Below are positions 38,069 through 46,662 of a stretch of 58,199 nt of DNA, piece after piece (position 1 is the first letter of the stretch; each line of letters starts with the position of its first letter). The stretch comes from a virus. Taxonomy: Duplodnaviria > Caudoviricetes. A program made the position numbers and the translations under genes. The notes under the pieces are model-generated. The model was not told the DNA's origin and did no database searches. It saw only the letters and a list, made by a program, of their open reading frames with translations. Location: the IMG/VR virus record IMGVR_UViG_3300044724_011157, positions 1-58,199 of that record; one strand, given 5' to 3'.

Positions 38069-38320
38069 TTATTTAAGGTTATATTTTTCTGTGTCAGGGC
38101 TCCTCGATATAGAAATAAATTCATTGATCTCAATGGCTTCGTGTTCTTCTGCGCATAATAGTGCGTCTTTAAGTTTTTCAATTAAGGCCTTTTTATCTTT
38201 GGCTCCAAGCAGAGGCTGGCTTTCGACCGAGAAAACTTCTCCGCGTTCATCAATATTAACTTCGTGAATAGAAACTCCAGACGAAGAATAAATTACTCGA
38301 AATTCACAATAATCATCCAT
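38069..38320 (-). CDS. hypothetical protein
   Basis: 83 aa ORF overlapping the upstream gene within the operon. Confidence 0.55.
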   Translation of the reverse strand: MDDYCEFRVIYSSSGVSIHEVNIDERGEVFSVESQPLLGAKDKKALIEKLKDALLCAEEHEAIEINEFISISRSPDTEKYNLK

Positions 38321-39374
38321 TTTTTTTGTTTCTATAGCCAGCTTTTGAGGGGGTCGGTTTGTTGTGAGTGTAACCTTTGTCTTTCAGTGCAAGATGATCT
38401 TTGTAGGTTTTTGCTTCAATACCTTTTCCTGTTTTTGGGTCATACATCATGTGGGGCTTGAATTCTTTTTCGTCGTCTGCGGATTGAGCTTTTTTCCAGG
38501 CTTTTTTACTTGGGCGATCTTTATCTCCTGGCTTTGCGGGTTTGTAATTTTTACCTTCTCTTTTTTTCTTTTTTCTAATATTATCCCATAGGCCGTTTTT
38601 TGCTTCTGCCGTTTCTTCTGCTTCTTCAATTTCTTCTGTGCTTTCTTCGCCTTTGGTCACTTTGGTTACGCTTTTTTTACTCCACATCTTACAACTCCAA
38701 TAGCGAGCTTTTGTTTTTGGGCCAGGATTAGAGCAGTTATGTCTAGCCCTAAAGTTTTTTCGGCGACCTGGGTCGTCGCGCTTGATCTCCATGTTTGGGT
38801 CACCAAAGTTTACTTTAACAACGTTCCCTTTTTCGTTTTTCACATAAACAGAAAATTTCTTCGGTCCTCCGGGGGTGCGAAAAGGTTTGTTTAATTTTTT
38901 TCCTTTATTAGCTTCGGCGGCCCAGCTTTGTTCATCAATGTATTCCTCGAAGCCAAGTTCCTCTGTTTCAATAAAAATTGTGCCCCACATTTCATTTGTA
39001 AATTCAGGGTCTTCTTGAAGTTGTAATTTTTTTATATCTATATTTGCTTGTATCAGATCTTCTTCTGTAAAGATTTTATCCTCCTCTCGCGTTCCATCGT
39101 CAACTATAAAGCCTGCTTTAGCTATATCTTGATCGGCTTTTCTGTAGCTGTCGTGAACTTTTGATCCTTTCACCATTTTGAGAAATAAATTTACTCTCGC
39201 AAGCGCCCATTGACCCCTGCTTTTGCCGGGTTTTGAAAAATCATCGAACATTTCACAACCTCTTCGGTAAACTTTTTGAAGCTGAGATAGTGTAACTTTA
39301 TTTTCATTTCTTTTATTGTGGTCAGAAACTTTACTGGAAAGCGCTGAGATTAATCTGTCTGTGAATGTTTTCAT
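38313..39374 (-). CDS. basic multi-module phage protein (DUF6321-like and other small domains)
   Basis: KVYRRG...QWALARVN; KLNKPFRTPGGPKKF...FGDPNM...RRKNFRARHNC...YWSC; GLWDNIRKKK; KPHMMYDP modules familiar from marine phages. Confidence 0.6.
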   Translation of the reverse strand: MKTFTDRLISALSSKVSDHNKRNENKVTLSQLQKVYRRGCEMFDDFSKPGKSRGQWALARVNLFLKMVKGSKVHDSYRKADQDIAKAGFIVDDGTREEDKIFTEEDLIQANIDIKKLQLQEDPEFTNEMWGTIFIETEELGFEEYIDEQSWAAEANKGKKLNKPFRTPGGPKKFSVYVKNEKGNVVKVNFGDPNMEIKRDDPGRRKNFRARHNCSNPGPKTKARYWSCKMWSKKSVTKVTKGEESTEEIEEAEETAEAKNGLWDNIRKKKKREGKNYKPAKPGDKDRPSKKAWKKAQSADDEKEFKPHMMYDPKTGKGIEAKTYKDHLALKDKGYTHNKPTPSKAGYRNKKNG

Positions 39375-39377
39375 GTT

Positions 39378-41171
39378 TTATTGATTTGGATATAATTCTT
39401 TAAGTGATTTACTTGGTGTTGTGATTTCTGGAAAAGGATTTAAAACTTGCCTATAGTCATCTCCAATTGGAGAAATTACTTGCCATGGAGTTTTCCATTT
39501 ATTTGATAAATATTTTCCGACTATATCGCACTCGGTTTCGTTGAGATAATTGTCAAAGGCAATAAGCTCTGCAAATTCCATGCCTGCGCGAGCTCCGTTT
39601 CTTTTACTTTTGTTCAACATTAACCCTCCGTAAAATGTTTCATAATAAAGTCCGGTAGTGACGCTTCTGCTATGGTATCCAATGGTTGATGTATTGTTTA
39701 AACCCCCTGTGCCTCCACCCCTGGGACCTTGCCAATCTAATCCATAAGCAGATGAACCAGACTCTGAGTTTTCGCTTCTCATACACATTATGAATGGTAT
39801 TCCATATGCTGGACCATTGCTGCTGAAATCAGTCACCGTAGACATCCAGTCAACATAAAATCTCTGATCTGGATAAAGAGTAGCCCCGTGTGCTACTGAA
39901 CCAAGATTTCCTCCCGAAAAAAGACCTCTCCAGCTATAACTGTATTGATTATAAAGGTGGGTATTACCGTTAACCTGAGCGTATTTTCTGAGGATATCGT
40001 AATTGATTCTTAAAACAAGAAACGTTGTAAATCCAAATCCGCTATATTTTTGATTGTGCGCATATATATCATACTCTAAAGACTGTCCGGTTGAAAATTG
40101 AAGGGTGGGCATTTGCCCGATCCTTGCGTCTGACTGATCGTCAATTTCTTTCATTGCTGGTTCAAATCTGGGCATAACATAACTTGTTTGAAAAAAGGCA
40201 TTTACTATACCGTCTCCAGCAAAATCTTTTTCTGTAACAAGAACTTCTGGAATTGGCTCAGACACCAATATTTCTAGGCCTGTTGAAATTATGGGCTCTC
40301 CATTATAAACAAATTGGGTTCCATGATTATTGTCACTAGATCCTATAACTGTGTAATCAAATTCAGTATTTTTTTCTAAAATCTGATAAGTGTCTCCTTC
40401 GATTAAATTTTGCAATTCGTGCTTGGGGGCCAAGTCATTTCCGTTGTAAATAAATTCAGATCCTATAGAATTGGTCTCTGAGCCTATTAAGGTGAAATCA
40501 TATGAGTCGTCTTTGATTGTATAGCGACTATCTTTTAACATATCCTTGATTGATATGTCTCCAAATTTTATATTATTCCTCATGTAAGCATTCGTTCCGA
40601 GGGGTCCACTCATCCAAAATCTATGGCCAATTTCATTTTTGTTTGCACCAAGTTTTTCAAAGCTTACGTTGGAGTCGAGGGCTTTTATTTCATAGTAGAA
40701 ATCGCTTCGAAACCAATACGTGTTATGAAATCTATCTGTATAGATATCACTTGAAGCATAGCTGCTTATGTCTTGATATGCAGAATGTAGTTGCCCTCCC
40801 ACGGTTGGTACCCCTGGCTCTGTTATATATTTTGGGGCCGTAGCGCTGGCTCCAGTGATTTCTTTATTGGTTGATTTGCAAATAATTTTTGTTACTGAAT
40901 CTAGGTGACTTGGTATGGTGCCGGCAGAATTTCTCAAAAAAAAGCTGTCTGATGCATCTAGGTGGTATATGGGTTTATAATTTAAGTCGTAACCATCTGC
41001 CAAAGTATATTTTCCGAAGTTTTTTGAATTATAATATACCGACCAATGATCCCCTACAGATATAAAAAATTTATATGTATCCGTCGCAAATGCAAGTTGC
41101 CCGTCTGCGGTTGGGGGTGAGGCTAAAATATTTTTTTCTGTATCTTTCCTGTATGAGGTTATGTCTGCCAT
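39378..41171 (-). CDS. tail fibre/lectin-like protein with internal repeats
   Basis: GQLAFATDT anchor; HLDASD...AELIAFD..L.......YLSNKW LamG-like frame; three Y.I....D/F...G...N..G..F...G repeats. Confidence 0.6.
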   Translation of the reverse strand: MADITSYRKDTEKNILASPPTADGQLAFATDTYKFFISVGDHWSVYYNSKNFGKYTLADGYDLNYKPIYHLDASDSFFLRNSAGTIPSHLDSVTKIICKSTNKEITGASATAPKYITEPGVPTVGGQLHSAYQDISSYASSDIYTDRFHNTYWFRSDFYYEIKALDSNVSFEKLGANKNEIGHRFWMSGPLGTNAYMRNNIKFGDISIKDMLKDSRYTIKDDSYDFTLIGSETNSIGSEFIYNGNDLAPKHELQNLIEGDTYQILEKNTEFDYTVIGSSDNNHGTQFVYNGEPIISTGLEILVSEPIPEVLVTEKDFAGDGIVNAFFQTSYVMPRFEPAMKEIDDQSDARIGQMPTLQFSTGQSLEYDIYAHNQKYSGFGFTTFLVLRINYDILRKYAQVNGNTHLYNQYSYSWRGLFSGGNLGSVAHGATLYPDQRFYVDWMSTVTDFSSNGPAYGIPFIMCMRSENSESGSSAYGLDWQGPRGGGTGGLNNTSTIGYHSRSVTTGLYYETFYGGLMLNKSKRNGARAGMEFAELIAFDNYLNETECDIVGKYLSNKWKTPWQVISPIGDDYRQVLNPFPEITTPSKSLKELYPNQ

Positions 41172-41172
41172 T

Positions 41173-42171
41173 TTAATTGTTGTTTGGATTTAAAAGAGAA
41201 ATGTATTGATTGAGTCCCACAAAAAATATTAATTGATAATCTTTCTTTGATGAAAATTGTTCTATTGTTATGTTTGGCGGGGTTGAAAAATCTTCGTCTA
41301 AAGGAAGGTGAACTGTATTTGTAAAGCCGCTTCCCCAGTTTATGGTTGGTCTAGACCTCCAGAATTCAGAAGGGTCGATGATTGTTAATATGTTATTAAA
41401 TTCTCCAGATATTTCAAAGTCAAACAGTCCATGTAGGCTTGTGTTTACTAGGTTGATTTGTTCGTCAGTTATTTCGTCAATATTTTCTACAGGTTCGCCG
41501 TTATAAACAAACCTTTCTTCTGCTGTATTGGTTGCGGCGCCTATTTTTGTATAATCTGTTAAGTTTGGGTTAATAATTTCATATTTCTCTCCGGCTGATA
41601 ATTGTGAAAATTTTTGGATACTAGGATGTAAACCGTTGTCTTCTTGATTTATCAAATCTCTAAAGTAATGCATGCCCTGCCAGTCTGGGTCTGTTATTCC
41701 CCTAATATTAAACTTGTCTTCGTCATAAACTCTAAATCTGGTATAGTGATGATACAGCTGCCTATGGCTATCGGTTCTGAATTCAAAATATCTATAATTG
41801 TTTGTCTTTAAGGTGTTAGAAGTCCGAAAGTAAATCTTGGATGCATTTGCGCTTGCGAAATTGTTATCCGTGTTTAAAGCTCTTTCTGGTTCAAAAATTA
41901 TTCTAGCTTTCGCATGTTGCCTGTCCACCAAGAACATGTCTCCTGGACTAGCTGCTTCCACTAGCATTTCATCTAGTGTTGCTACATACTTTATTTGGAG
42001 AGGTTTTGCTGCATTAATTGTGTCTACAATGGCTCCGCTGCCCGAGGGAGAATAATTTAGCCAGTAATTACCGTTGTAGACTACAAGTCTTTGGGTGTCC
42101 ACTTCAAAATAAACATCTCCTTTGATGGCCGACGGTCTATTTGTTGATGTACACGTAAGTAAAGATCCCAT
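41173..42171 (-). CDS. tail fibre-like protein
   Basis: TSTNRP...GDVYFEVDT.RLVVYNG..W anchor, like that of 35875..36729; one copy of the internal repeat. Confidence 0.55.
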   Translation of the reverse strand: MGSLLTCTSTNRPSAIKGDVYFEVDTQRLVVYNGNYWLNYSPSGSGAIVDTINAAKPLQIKYVATLDEMLVEAASPGDMFLVDRQHAKARIIFEPERALNTDNNFASANASKIYFRTSNTLKTNNYRYFEFRTDSHRQLYHHYTRFRVYDEDKFNIRGITDPDWQGMHYFRDLINQEDNGLHPSIQKFSQLSAGEKYEIINPNLTDYTKIGAATNTAEERFVYNGEPVENIDEITDEQINLVNTSLHGLFDFEISGEFNNILTIIDPSEFWRSRPTINWGSGFTNTVHLPLDEDFSTPPNITIEQFSSKKDYQLIFFVGLNQYISLLNPNNN

Positions 42172-42180
42172 AAAGAATAT

Positions 42181-43137
42181 TTACACGAATTTTTGTTTAT
42201 TTTCTAAATACCAATTGTATGTTTTCTGCAATCCTTGTTTTAGTGTGTGTTTTGGCCTGCATCCTAAGTTAATCATTCTGTGGTTGTTCATTTTTTTGCG
42301 ATAGGTTCCGTCAGGTTTCGAGCTATCAAAAACAATATCTCCTGTATAGCCAACGACGTGTTGTATGATGTTTGTTAATTCAAGAATGGTGACCTCATCT
42401 TCGGATCCGCAGTTGAGGTGCGAGATTCCTTGTTCATATACGTCGATTGCGTCGACACATTCTAGGCAGTGTGTCGACATTTCTGCCAGATCATCGACAT
42501 ATAAAAATTCGCGAAGCGGTTTTCCTGTACCCCAAACTTCAATACTTTTTGCGCCATTTTCTTTTGCTTCATGCACTTTTCGAATGAGAGCAGGCAGAAC
42601 ATGCGAGCTCTTTAGGTCAAAGTTGTCGCGTGGTCCGTACATGTTGCAAGGCATAATCGAATAAAAATTTCTATTATATTGTTCGTAATAGCTTTCGCAC
42701 ATTTTGATTGCGGCTATTTTTGCAATTGCATATGGTTCGTTTGTTTTTTCTAGCACGCCAGTCAATAAACTTTCTTCAACGATCGGTATGTCTGCATCTT
42801 TGGGGTAAATGCATGAGCTGCCAAGGTTGATTAATTTTTGCACATTGTATATGTGCGAGCCGTGAATTAAGTTTGAAGCAATTTGGAGGTTTTGGTATAT
42901 AAAGTCCGCTCGATATGTATTGTTTGCTAGAATGCCTCCCACTTTGGCTGCGCAGATAATTACTGCATCTGGACGTTCTTTACCAAGAAAACGATTAACA
43001 TCAGTTTGCTTGGTTAAGTCGAGCTCGCTTCTTGTGCGAACGATTGTATTTGTGTAGCCATTTTCTTTTAAGTGGCTTAGCACTGCAGAGCCAACCATTC
43101 CGTTGTGTCCGGCAATGAATATTTTTTGGTTTTTCAC
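42181..43137 (-). CDS. fcl: GDP-L-fucose synthase
   Basis: AGHNGMVGSA, AAKVGGI, LGSSCIYP, YAIAK, WGTGKPLREFL and KPDG. Confidence 0.95.
   Translation of the reverse strand: MKNQKIFIAGHNGMVGSAVLSHLKENGYTNTIVRTRSELDLTKQTDVNRFLGKERPDAVIICAAKVGGILANNTYRADFIYQNLQIASNLIHGSHIYNVQKLINLGSSCIYPKDADIPIVEESLLTGVLEKTNEPYAIAKIAAIKMCESYYEQYNRNFYSIMPCNMYGPRDNFDLKSSHVLPALIRKVHEAKENGAKSIEVWGTGKPLREFLYVDDLAEMSTHCLECVDAIDVYEQGISHLNCGSEDEVTILELTNIIQHVVGYTGDIVFDSSKPDGTYRKKMNNHRMINLGCRPKHTLKQGLQKTYNWYLENKQKFV
42182..42186 (-). promoter_or_regulatory. GTGTA element (candidate late promoter for the fibre operon)
   Basis: Embedded in the last codons of fcl (GTG TAA), 10 nt from ATG 42171. Confidence 0.6.
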
Positions 43138-44165
43138 CTTGATAATAACTTATAATCGTTTTCGTACATTTTTTTAACCAGTCCAGTGAAGTCAGTTTTG
43201 CGAGCCCACCCCATTTCTTTTTCCGCAAGACTGCAATCACCGCACAATTCGTGAACTTCTGCTGGTCGATAAAACTTTGGATCAACTTCGAAAATCAATT
43301 TTCCGTCTAAGGTATAATATTTTTCATTATCTTCCGCGCCTTCACTTTTAAATTGAATGCCTGCACACTGCAATGTTTCTTCGAGGAACTCGCGAACTGT
43401 ATGCATTTCACCGCTAGCTAAAACATAGTTCTTTGGCGCATCTTGATTGAGCATTAGCCATACACCTTCCATAAAATCTTCTGCATCACTCCAGTCTCGT
43501 TGAGCTTCAATGTTTCCTAATTTTAATACAGGAATTGTTTTTTCTTTTTCTAGGGCAATTTTAATTTTTGCAATGCTATGACTAATCTTTCGGGTTACAA
43601 AATCTAAGCCTCGACGCACTCCTTCGTGATTGAAAAGCCAGCCTTGAACTGCGTATAGGTCGTAAGATTCCCTGTAAACCCGCACGAGATGACGTGCAGC
43701 GCATTTAGCAGCTCCATATGGACTTTGGGGTCTTAATGGATGCGTTTCGCTTTGCGGGCTGCATATCACGTCTCCAAATTCTTCACTAGATCCAGCATTA
43801 TAGAATCTGCAATCGGGCGCAAATCTACGAATGGATTCGAGGATATGAAGTACAGCATTTGAGTCAGTGTCCCATGTTTGTATTGGGTAATCCCAGCTGC
43901 CTGCTACAAAAGACTGCGCCGCAAAATTGATAAAATAATCGGGCTGCAAGTCAATTACTACATCTCGCATACTGTGTGCATCATTAAGGTCCATATTGAT
44001 CAATTTAAATCTAGGTTCATTTTCAAGATGTAATATGTTTTCATGGTTTTTAACACTCAATCTTCTAGCGGCTCCATATATTTTATAATCTGTATGCTTT
44101 AATAAATACTCAACCATATGACTTCCGTCTTGGCCGGTTACTCCTGTTACGATAATTTTTTTCAT
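43134..44165 (-). CDS. gmd: GDP-mannose 4,6-dehydratase
   Basis: TGVTGQDGS, AAQSFV, SSEEFG, SPYGAAK, LFNHE, FVTRKI and YRPAEV; ATG 44165 in an ATGA overlap. Confidence 0.95.
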   Translation of the reverse strand: MKKIIVTGVTGQDGSHMVEYLLKHTDYKIYGAARRLSVKNHENILHLENEPRFKLINMDLNDAHSMRDVVIDLQPDYFINFAAQSFVAGSWDYPIQTWDTDSNAVLHILESIRRFAPDCRFYNAGSSEEFGDVICSPQSETHPLRPQSPYGAAKCAARHLVRVYRESYDLYAVQGWLFNHEGVRRGLDFVTRKISHSIAKIKIALEKEKTIPVLKLGNIEAQRDWSDAEDFMEGVWLMLNQDAPKNYVLASGEMHTVREFLEETLQCAGIQFKSEGAEDNEKYYTLDGKLIFEVDPKFYRPAEVHELCGDCSLAEKEMGWARKTDFTGLVKKMYENDYKLLSR

Positions 44166-44575
44166 AATTTTAGTTTTAATATACACCCTCTAGTTTCTTT
44201 TGTCATTGGTTCTGGCAAACTTTTTTTTTCGATTTTAAAAAACCCCCATTCGTCGTGCTCTATTGCATCAATGGCGTCACTGCTTGGGAAGATGAGGTCA
44301 TCAATTTGCATCGAGTATAACGCAAAATATTCAGCCTCTTTAACCTCAAAGTCATCGAGGAATTTTATTTGTTTATTTACTCGGACGCCCGTCTCTTCGA
44401 AAAATTCTCTTTTTGCCGCCGTTTCAGGATTTTCTCCTGGATCAATCATCCCACAAGGCACTGACCAGTGTCCAGCTAAATTATGACAGTTCCTGCTCCG
44501 CCTGCCAAGCAGCACAAGGTCTTTAAAATTTGCGATTATTCCTGCAGCGATATATTTTTTAGTCGAGGAAATCAT
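44162..44575 (-). CDS. Nudix hydrolase
   Basis: Nudix box GMIDPGENPETAAKREFFEETG. Confidence 0.88.
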   Translation of the reverse strand: MISSTKKYIAAGIIANFKDLVLLGRRSRNCHNLAGHWSVPCGMIDPGENPETAAKREFFEETGVRVNKQIKFLDDFEVKEAEYFALYSMQIDDLIFPSSDAIDAIEHDEWGFFKIEKKSLPEPMTKETRGCILKLKL

Positions 44576-45635
44576 CTAGAGCTTTTTTGTTTTGCCAGTG
44601 TGGGCAACCTTCATATTCCATTTTAATGATTTCATCTCCTTTTTCTAGCTCTAGTTCGTGTTTATTTTCAATAAATGCAGTTTTCTTTAAGTTTCCTTCT
44701 GAGTCTTTAAGGGCCCAGTATTCTCTAGGCTTTCTAAAAGGACATATGAACGCTTTAATTGGTTCTCCGTTTTTGTCAAGAACCGGCTCTCCTCTTGACA
44801 TCTTATAACCATCTTTACCGCAGGCAAGTGGACCACCAAAGGTTCCATCTTTTGGGTAGTCTTGAGTTGCGGCAAGATTGCTTTTTGCGGTCTCTTCGTC
44901 AAAGTTATCAAGATAGTTTTGAAACTGAGTGAGCTGGTACTCAAAGCCTTCCAGTTCTTCTTGAGAAATTTTATCCATTTTTAGCCTACCTTTTCCTGTG
45001 TTCCCTAGAAGATCTGTTTCTAAGTCAAAACGCAAAAAAAGGAACTCGCTTTGAGGTTCTGTTTTGGGCATTAAATGCTTTACGGCCAGACAATATATTA
45101 AATTTTGTAAATTGTCTGTTATTTCTTTTCCCTTAAATACAGATTTACTGCTTTTGAAGTCTCTAATGATTACAGAATTGTCTTTGTATACGAATAGTTT
45201 GTCAATGTATCCTCGAATTGCATATCGTATGCCGAGTTCTGGTTTGTCAATGGTTAGATCAAAGAAGCGCTCTGATTCTGCGGAAACCGGCTTTTCGTCT
45301 TCCTCTCCAAAGAAATCACAACGTAATCCATTGACAATCATTTCGTCAATCAAATCAAGATTTTCTTTGTCGCTTACACTCAGTTCTTCTGCTTCTTTTT
45401 TGACTTGTGAGGCAACCACTTCAGTATTCCAGATTGTTCCGTCTTCAACTATTTTGTCAAATTCATTGCGATGGTGATCGCCAAGAAGCTCGAATACATT
45501 ATGGCAGATCGTTCCCCTGCTTGATCCGTCATTGCCTGCGTCAGGTAGTTTAAGTTTATAATTGCACCAGTATGTCCAGCTGCAAGTTTGTGCGGTTTTT
45601 ATCCTGCTCGCGGATAACTTTGTTAATTCACTCAT
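44559..45635 (-). CDS. PD-(D/E)XK exonuclease, Cas4/RecB-like
   Basis: LSASRIK...C, GTICH, RGYID...IRDFKS, Q..IY motifs; Cys residues near both termini. Confidence 0.8.
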   Translation of the reverse strand: MSELTKLSASRIKTAQTCSWTYWCNYKLKLPDAGNDGSSRGTICHNVFELLGDHHRNEFDKIVEDGTIWNTEVVASQVKKEAEELSVSDKENLDLIDEMIVNGLRCDFFGEEDEKPVSAESERFFDLTIDKPELGIRYAIRGYIDKLFVYKDNSVIIRDFKSSKSVFKGKEITDNLQNLIYCLAVKHLMPKTEPQSEFLFLRFDLETDLLGNTGKGRLKMDKISQEELEGFEYQLTQFQNYLDNFDEETAKSNLAATQDYPKDGTFGGPLACGKDGYKMSRGEPVLDKNGEPIKAFICPFRKPREYWALKDSEGNLKKTAFIENKHELELEKGDEIIKMEYEGCPHWQNKKALDDFLD

Positions 45636-46662
45636 TTATTAATATAGATTTATTTTTTAATAAGGTTTTTGACAGGGTTTTTTGTATAGAATTTATTTTA
45701 TCTAGTATAAAGGGTTTTTGTTTTTCGTGCGTTAGTGATTGTAGCTTGTTAGACCATTCTTTAAACTGATCATTATTCATGTCTCCGAAATCTTCTTCGG
45801 TTGGCAAGCAAATGAGAACCTTTTCAGGGTTATAATAGTTGAGTAATTTTAAATAATTTTTTATGCTTGCATTTAATCCTCTATTTTCAGATGATGTTTT
45901 GTCATTGTTTAAAGATAATATAATTTTGTTTATGTTTAAAGATAGCGTTGCACATATTAATTTTGTTGATACATCGAGTCCAAAAGTAACAAGTACATTT
46001 TTATATCCATGTTCATTTAGGTTGAGCAAATCGCCAATACTTTCAACAAGAATAACTGATTGTGTTTCATTGATTGCTTGTTCTGTCTCTGGGTTCGCGT
46101 AGAGGGGGTAAATCCAGCCTGTCTTGCGTCCCACATGCTTCCACTTGGGTCGATTGCCAGAAGAGTTCATGTCGCGCCCTGAGAAGCCGTGAATCTGCTT
46201 ATGCTCATTGTATATTGGGAACACAAAGCGACCATACAATTTTCCTGTTGTTGCATACCCACCCTTGAGTGACTTTAAAGTTTCTTCTGAAACGCCGCGA
46301 TCATTGTAAAATTTATAATGCGGCAATAGTCTGTCTAAACAGTTTTCTGGATATATTTCTTCCATTTCTAATTTTTCTGAATTGGTTAGTCTATTATAGT
46401 TGTCTCCGAGATCATCTTCGTCAAGAAATTGCTTGAGTCGGTTTTTGTCGTTTGTTCCAAGTGTGATTTCGACGAGCCTGCTAAACGGTGAGAATGTGCT
46501 GTTCTGCACATGATCTTTCCATACTCCTGTATTCTTGTAGATTTGAATTGCAGTTTTGTTATCTCCATTTCTAAAGATGGCATTTGTTTGCCAATATGCA
46601 CCTCTATCTGCAAGCTTATAGCCCAGCTGCATAAGAGATTCTTTAATTTTTTCGGGGCTCAT
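45628..46662 (-). CDS. dnaG: DNA primase (DnaG/TOPRIM)
   Basis: GRFVFPI...GFSGR...PKWK, LVESIGD, LNND and DFGDM. Confidence 0.82.
   Translation of the reverse strand: MSPEKIKESLMQLGYKLADRGAYWQTNAIFRNGDNKTAIQIYKNTGVWKDHVQNSTFSPFSRLVEITLGTNDKNRLKQFLDEDDLGDNYNRLTNSEKLEMEEIYPENCLDRLLPHYKFYNDRGVSEETLKSLKGGYATTGKLYGRFVFPIYNEHKQIHGFSGRDMNSSGNRPKWKHVGRKTGWIYPLYANPETEQAINETQSVILVESIGDLLNLNEHGYKNVLVTFGLDVSTKLICATLSLNINKIILSLNNDKTSSENRGLNASIKNYLKLLNYYNPEKVLICLPTEEDFGDMNNDQFKEWSNKLQSLTHEKQKPFILDKINSIQKTLSKTLLKNKSILINE

Noticed and set aside
44162-44575. Calling the Nudix gene gmm/wcaH because it is next to gmd-fcl
   Set aside because: It has a canonical REFFEE Nudix box rather than the altered GDP-mannose hydrolase motif, so the substrate cannot be assigned
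44559-45635. CRISPR-associated Cas4
   Set aside because: No other cas genes or array; the context is a replication operon where Cas4-like exonucleases are common in phages
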